Assembly (NCBI RefSeq): GCF_964204645.1
Contig: NC_134033.1
Span: 3,930,231-3,994,230, forward strand
Direction: 5' to 3'
DNA: 64,000 nucleotides
Source: Tubulanus polymorphus
Lineage: Eukaryota > Animalia > Nemertea
Part shown: positions 58,045 to 64,000 of the stretch, piece by piece
Layout of the letters: each line of letters begins with the position of its first letter
How positions within the stretch are numbered: the stretch's first letter is position 1
The notes under the pieces: model-generated
The model's database searches: none
What the model was told of the DNA's origin: nothing
What the model saw: only the letters and a program-made list of their open reading frames with translations
Translations under genes and position numbers: made by a program

Positions 58045-60686
58045 TCACATTTCGTCCGCCGCGTTGACGACAACTCGTATATCGCCGAGACCGAGGTTCA
58101 ACGGTTTCATACGCAGCATACGCCGCCACTGTACCACGTGCACGAGCGCCATCGTATTCAGGCGCATGCGCGTCACCGTCGAAATCGTCTCCTTCAGCTC
58201 GTCGTGTTTCGAGTGCACGCCGGTCATAATCGCTATCAGAAAGTTCAACATCACGATGGCCACGATGAAAACCATTTCCATATGGTAAACCTGGAACAAC
58301 ACCAACTTGTGGCGATCCGACGATATTTGCGCGTAGTCCGCCATGTTTATCATGCTCAGAAACGTGCCGTAGATCACTTTCCAGCTGGACCATCCGCAGA
58401 CGTTCGCGTTCACCAGCAACGACGATAGACACGTGCAGTAGATCATGAAAACCGCCGTGAATATGAAGGAAAACCTCGCCAGAGCTTGCAACATCTTTTG
58501 CAAGCTCATGAAGTAGAAACCGAACGAGGGAAATATTTGAAAAAACGCGCAGACGTTGCTGAGAAAAACCGGCGTGAAAAACAGGTACATCCAGCTGAAC
58601 TCGTAGGGCACTCGATTCATGGTGTAGACGGCGTTCGCTAGCATGATCGTCACCAGAATCGAATCGTGGAGAAGTTGACCGAACGTATTGCGTAAGATAA
58701 ATTTCAGTACGAGCCTGCGTTTAAGCGAGGCGATGATGAGGGCGACGTAGGCCAGTATCTTCAATACAACTATCAAGCTGACCGCGTAAGCGGACGCACG
58801 CATGCATACTCGAACCGGTCGCGGCATCGGTATGTATGACTTATTCGCCATGCAGTAATCTGCAGAGAAAAAATCGAAAAAAAATTTGAATATATATTAA
58901 AAATATAATATAAATTCAGAATAAAATATGTAAATGTACGTATGCGAATTGTGATTGCGATTTGAGAGATGTGAGATGTGAAGATAGGATTCTTGAGTTT
59001 CGGATAGTTAATTAGGTACGGTCTTAATTGACACAGTTTAGCCATAGGCTGTTACGAGCTGTTTAGATACCACAATTAGCGCTAACTTTCGAGTTGGAAA
59101 AAAATCCTCCAACCGTGAGACAATGCTCAGACCAGACTGGGCGATTTTCGGTTATCGGAATAAGCCGAACCAGAGAAGTGCGATGACACATCGCTGGTCG
59201 AACTAAGTGAAACCGAATGTCAGCTAGTCGGAACTATAGTCCGGAATTAGTCGACCACGGAATTGAGCATTTAACGGGAAAACCAACAGAAGCCTAACGT
59301 TGTTTAATACAGGCCACATTGGCCCGACCTGATTCTGGTTGGCTAGTAACGACTCCAACGACCCGTGAGGTCAAGGGATTCGAACCCACTTAGCGAAAGC
59401 CGTTCCACGAGAAAATAAACTAGTATATATATAATACGAACAAGGCTGCGCAGAAAATCCGTTATCGCTGCCTTGCAGCTATATTTACTATCGCTATTAA
59501 CTTGTTAATACTATCGTTTCGGCAATGTAGACAAATAAAGTAAACTTATTTCATTGTATTCTGTTCTGCAATAGCTACGGTACGCCAACGAGGAAGAGAT
59601 GACCTCCAGCGCGCCAGTAGAAGCTGTATAACGTCATCAATGTATCGCTACTGGACTGGTTACCGGTCAATTCGATAATCGATTTTTTTTTTAAATCCAA
59701 AATTACTTTATTGATCCTAAATACTAGCTAACTTAATATCATGTTTTTCATTGTCGACAATATAACGCAATATATGTGTTATTTCTAAATGCGTCTAAAC
59801 TTTCATATTAGTTTTCTTGTTTACCTGTGTTGTTGAGATCCGCTGAAATGTGTTCCTGATATTCGTAAAACCTGACGTGCGGCATCAACATGAACAGCAT
59901 GAAAATACACAATCTAAAAGCGCTATCCAGACAGTGCACGTATTTACTCCTAGCCCAAATCAGCTTCGACCAGGCCTCGATCGACGGGTTCTTCAAACAG
60001 GCGCTGGCGTGCATCTTCTCCAGCACCGAATCGGCGTCGTTCAAGACGAAAAACCAGTGCGGCGATTTATCGTAACGATCGCTGTCCGCATCGTAAACCC
60101 CGAGATCGTACGAGTATACGACCTTCATGCCGTGATCGGCGGTCATCGTGCGGTAGACGCCCTCCGTGTTCAAAATAACCGAAAACAAACCGAACGTCCC
60201 CACGCGGGCGGCGAACTCTAACGGTCGAAGTTCTAGTTTATTCTCGTCCGTCAGTAGAACTGCCATATTCGGCGATATTTGGCGGTATACGAGGCGGTAG
60301 ATTTCGACGAGTTTTGACTCGAGACGCGGGCACGCGGCCGCCGCCGAGACCAGCGCGTGAACGACGTTGTTACCGTTAACGTCCTTGACCAGCACGTCTG
60401 CTCCCTCGGCGATGAGATACCAGACGACATCCGCGCTGCAGAAAATACAAGCCAGAAACAGCGGGTTCGAAACCACCGACTTGTCGGCTATCTCGTCCGG
60501 GTAGCGCCGCTCGGGAACGACGACGCTAGAATCGTCGGTTAGATTTACGGTTAGATCTGAATCGATCAAATCCGATCCTCGCTCGAGTTTGAAGAATTCG
60601 TCGCGCGTTTTCTTGACGACGCCGAGGTCGTTACGTTTGATGGCGTCCCGGAATTCGCGGGTTACACGCCTTTTATCGCTTTCCAT
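58045..60686 (-). CDS. TRPV5/6-like ankyrin-repeat cation channel, two coding exons, ~558 aa
   Basis: Exons 60686-59825 and 58859-58045, with a phase-1 GT-AG intron. Ankyrin motifs NPLFLAC, GADVLVKDVNGNNVVHAL and LRPLEFAARVG; S6 IVMLNFLIAIMT resembles TRPV LMLNLLIAMM. The start codon is uncertain. Confidence 0.82.
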
Positions 60687-61559
60687 AATTCGCGGATAAA
60701 TTCTCCTGAAAAGTTCGCTCCAGTCAACTTGATCGCGAAGTGGCAATCAGCTTGGAATGATTTCGCTTCAAAATCACGATTAGTTTCCGATGATTTGGCA
60801 AGAATGTCACAATCAGTTTTCAATGTGTCAATTTCTAAAGAATTTCAAATTCAATTTTCCAACGATTTACTAGAACTTACAATCAGATTTCATTTTTCAC
60901 AATCATTGTCCAACGATAATATCTGTAATGTCACAATCAGTTTTAGCACGTCACTGTTAAGTTTCTTCCGATTGTTTCGCAATAAATTCAAAATCAGTTG
61001 TCAGTTATTCCCTCCGAGATTCCGATCAGTTTTCAATATATGAATCACTCGTCATTATCCAGTTTCCAATGTAGTCGCCATAGAAAGTTTAGTTCCTTTC
61101 GTATCATATACGATCAAGATTAAGTTGTTTTTTTTAACATTCATAAATTCAACATAATCAAATTGTAACGGCAAATATGGAACTGGGTTCGACCGGCTCC
61201 CGAAGTTGACGAAATGCTAGCGATGATAAAGTACAACTGGTTGCCAGATCCCAGAACTGTGTGACAAACATTCACTGATGAAAAACGCGATTAAAATGAC
61301 TGTTCAAGTACGTCGCGCACTGGTACGTACATACGAGCTGACGTGTGGAGAGGTGTTGTATCGATACAGATTCGTTTCAAACGTATTTTATAACTCATCA
61401 TCGCGGTTTTATTTGCATTTATTACGAGTAATTTATCCGCTGATATGATCGCCGGCTCGCTGGTGCGTTCGTATAATATGTGAAAAAATATTTATACATC
61501 GCTATGAAACGATGTATCTAACCGTGATGTTTATCACTGGCTGTGATATTTGTTATTGG

Positions 61560-61681
61560 AGAGGGAAAGGGAGAGGGGGCAGAGGGAGAGGCAGAGGCAG
61601 TGGTAGAGGCAGAGGCAGGGGCAGAGGCAGGGGCAGGGGCAGGCACAGAGGCAGGGGCAGGCGCAGAGGCAGAGGCAGGGT
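61560..61681. repeat. (GGCAGA/GGCAGG)n purine-rich hexamer repeat
   Basis: Visible directly; it explains the GR-rich and AEAG-rich ORFs. Confidence 0.9.
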
Positions 61682-62963
61682 CAAGGGCGGTTTGCTATCA
61701 TCAAAACTATGAACAAATGAAAGTTAGTATTAATAAACTGTGAATCTGTTTCTGAGATTAAAACTGAAATATATTTTTGAACCAGAGGTCACCCCGGAAA
61801 AAATGAACTGCACCAGACGTTAGATACATTCAATCAGCAGCCTTTCAATAGTGATCGCTTGAAGCGATGTGGTTCCATGGATACAAAATGATACCCGCAT
61901 TAAGCGTACGTAATACAATGGATACTCGGTACCGGCAACGCCCCAATATACTCGAATATAGTCAACTTTCGAAATGAAATCTGATAAAACATGATTAATT
62001 TGTGAGAGAAATAAATAGAGAAATAGGGAAATCCACTATTCTGTTTAAATCACATATCGCGTGGTATATCCGTTGAGAGTCTGTCTCATCGGTAGCGATC
62101 ATATTACACAAGTGCATATCAGTTTTTGATACTTTGATAATATGACTTCGAAATAAAACATTTGATTTTCAAGGATTTAATCATGCAAGGGAAGAGCAAG
62201 TAGATAAAAGTGATAGTGAATATATATAGTCTATTAAGCATTAAACTTGACTTCGTATTCTATAGAAAATTGATTGCATATATCGATTATTATATTCAAT
62301 GCTTATGATATTTTGCATGAGGTATATTGCACTCTATTTTACTTGGCAATTTCGTTAACCCGAATCGGTCACCATACGATTCGGTGGTGGCTGAAAAATA
62401 CTTTCATCCGGTGGCACATTTAGTAAAGTAGTATAGTGTTTATTTTTCATTAGGTCGTTGCATTATTACATTATTGATATCGCATGATATACAGTGACAA
62501 AAATGTAACAAGAAAATGTGGGCTACACGAAGAGATCACAAAGATCTATTGGAGCCGTGCCGCCCTAAAAGAAAAATCAAACCAATCACTCTTACACACA
62601 CGCTCACACTACATCAGTGAATACATTCATAGATTAATACGTCGTCATCTATGTAATCGTCTATTTCAATTACACTGGACAGTAAAGGGCTCACCGAGCC
62701 CCTTAAATCCACATCCTGAAGTGAATACTATTGCATTCAACAAACAATCTACAATGAATCTAATAGCTACGAAAAAAACATTAATTTATATGAATTGTGT
62801 AGATAAAGTAGTGATATAAAAACTGAATGGACCACGGGCCCAAAGGTCATCGTTAATATCTGTTCTTTGTTCTTTAGATTCATTACTAGAGTTTGGTGCG
62901 CGACCATGAACGCTAAAACGATTCGTTTAAAAGCTCCTTTATTGCTATTGAAGTGTTCTTAAT

Positions 62964-64000
62964 CTACTTCTTTTGTTGACGTTTATATCTCGTTCTAATT
63001 GATTTCATATCGATCGTCAGTATTGTATAAAGAAGCGGATTCAGAGACGAGTTGATCGGTAAAAATAGAACGGCCAGCCAAGCGGCCACCTGGTTCGGTA
63101 TCTCGACCGAAAATACGGCGCAAAACTGGACGATTATTATCGGTAGCCAGCAAAATAGATTACAAAGATTGATTACTAAACTCCTTCGAGCTAAAACCAG
63201 TTCGGTAGGATCGGCTCTACCCGAGCCCGACCTACTTCCAGATACGAGTCTATACATCTGAGCGTACGTCGTCATTATCGTAGCCAATATAGCCGCATTA
63301 AACGAGGCAAAAATAGCGAATGAATAGTGCCAGCCATTGACGTCGATCGTCAGTAAATTCATAGGCAAACAAACTCCGGTTGTACCGTAAAAATTGTCTC
63401 CGAAGTAAGACGACGATGACAGCGGTAGAATAGAAACTGTGCTTATAACGAGCCAACAAATGCTGCAAATACCGATAACGTATTTCGGAGTTATAATCGG
63501 ACTTCTAGAAAACGGGTTGACGATATTTGAATATCTCTGACGCGTTAGAATTAGGAGAAAAGTCAGGGAACCTTCGCACGAAACGGTGACAATAACCCCG
63601 GCGAGACGGCATAATGAGCTATCCGTCCAGGTTTCAGAATTCAGATAATAAACGCCTTTGAACGCGTGGTCAGCTCCCGCGATCAAAAACAAATAGACCG
63701 ACATCAGAAAATCACAACCGGCAATATTTATGATGAAGATATCTGAAGATGTGTTACGTGTTCCGGAGGATTCCATCCGCAAAGCTTGAACGCGAAATAA
63801 AATAACGATACTGTTAGCGAGAAAACTGAAAGATGCGATCATCCAGATGATGGCTCTCAGTACAGTGTTACCCATCAGGTCAGAACAGGTGGAAAATTGA
63901 TCAGCTTCGGGAAGACATTGGTCAACATTCGGTGCCATGCAGCAAAATTTGTAAGCATCCGAAGCGAGGTATTTCAATGATGTAAGATCGCCAAGAACGT
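62964..64000 (-). CDS. 3' end (hinge plus 7TM) of a further GRL101-like paralogue, continuing beyond the window
   Basis: Near-identical to the 7TM region of 45178-46230 (about 12 aa differences in ~325) with a different C-terminal tail. Confidence 0.92.
   Translation of the reverse strand, partial: VLGDLTSLKYLASDAYKFCCMAPNVDQCLPEADQFSTCSDLMGNTVLRAIIWMIASFSFLANSIVILFRVQALRMESSGTRNTSSDIFIINIAGCDFLMSVYLFLIAGADHAFKGVYYLNSETWTDSSLCRLAGVIVTVSCEGSLTFLLILTRQRYSNIVNPFSRSPIITPKYVIGICSICWLVISTVSILPLSSSSYFGDNFYGTTGVCLPMNLLTIDVNGWHYSFAIFASFNAAILATIMTTYAQMYRLVSGSRSGSGRADPTELVLARRSLVINLCNLFCWLPIIIVQFCAVFSVEIPNQVAAWLAVLFLPINSSLNPLLYTILTIDMKSIRTRYKRQQKK

Noticed and set aside
61512-61743. RG-rich and AEAG-rich ORFs
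   Set aside because: Translation of a hexamer repeat, with no splice or domain support.

Overview
AT-rich eukaryotic genomic DNA from an invertebrate animal; a lophotrochozoan or other marine invertebrate is my inference from the GRL101-like and TRPV5/6-like genes. From left to right: (1) a near-identical 4.86-kb tandem duplication (<1-9551); (2) a 20-coding-exon + strand gene (14258-37845, ~714 aa when spliced by hand) encoding a ParB/Srx-like domain, a coiled coil, a bipartite NLS and a possible Tudor-like C-terminus; (3) inserted into exon 9 of that gene, a young 15,060-bp minus-strand Ty3/gypsy LTR retroelement (19469-34528). It has a GTAC target-site duplication, ~1.26-kb LTRs, a tRNA-Phe PBS, gag, a -1 frameshifted pol with an integrase chromodomain, a class I F-type env, and three extra ORFs upstream of gag. 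Two of those ORFs are built on an array of 12 tRNA T-arm/B-box palindromes with covarying stems; (4) an array of CUB-CTLD-LDLa-LRR-7TM (GRL101-like) receptor genes: one complete, one truncated, one running off the window; (5) a tRNA-Glu gene, a two-exon TRPV5/6-like channel gene, a LINE 3' end fused to a U2 snRNA fragment, Penelope-type minimal hammerhead motifs, MITEs and palindromic minisatellites. The best candidates for undescribed biology are the complex-retrovirus-like element with its B-box/T-arm leader array and accessory ORFs, and the intron-rich metazoan ParB-like gene. Family assignments come from motif recognition by eye; no database search was run.
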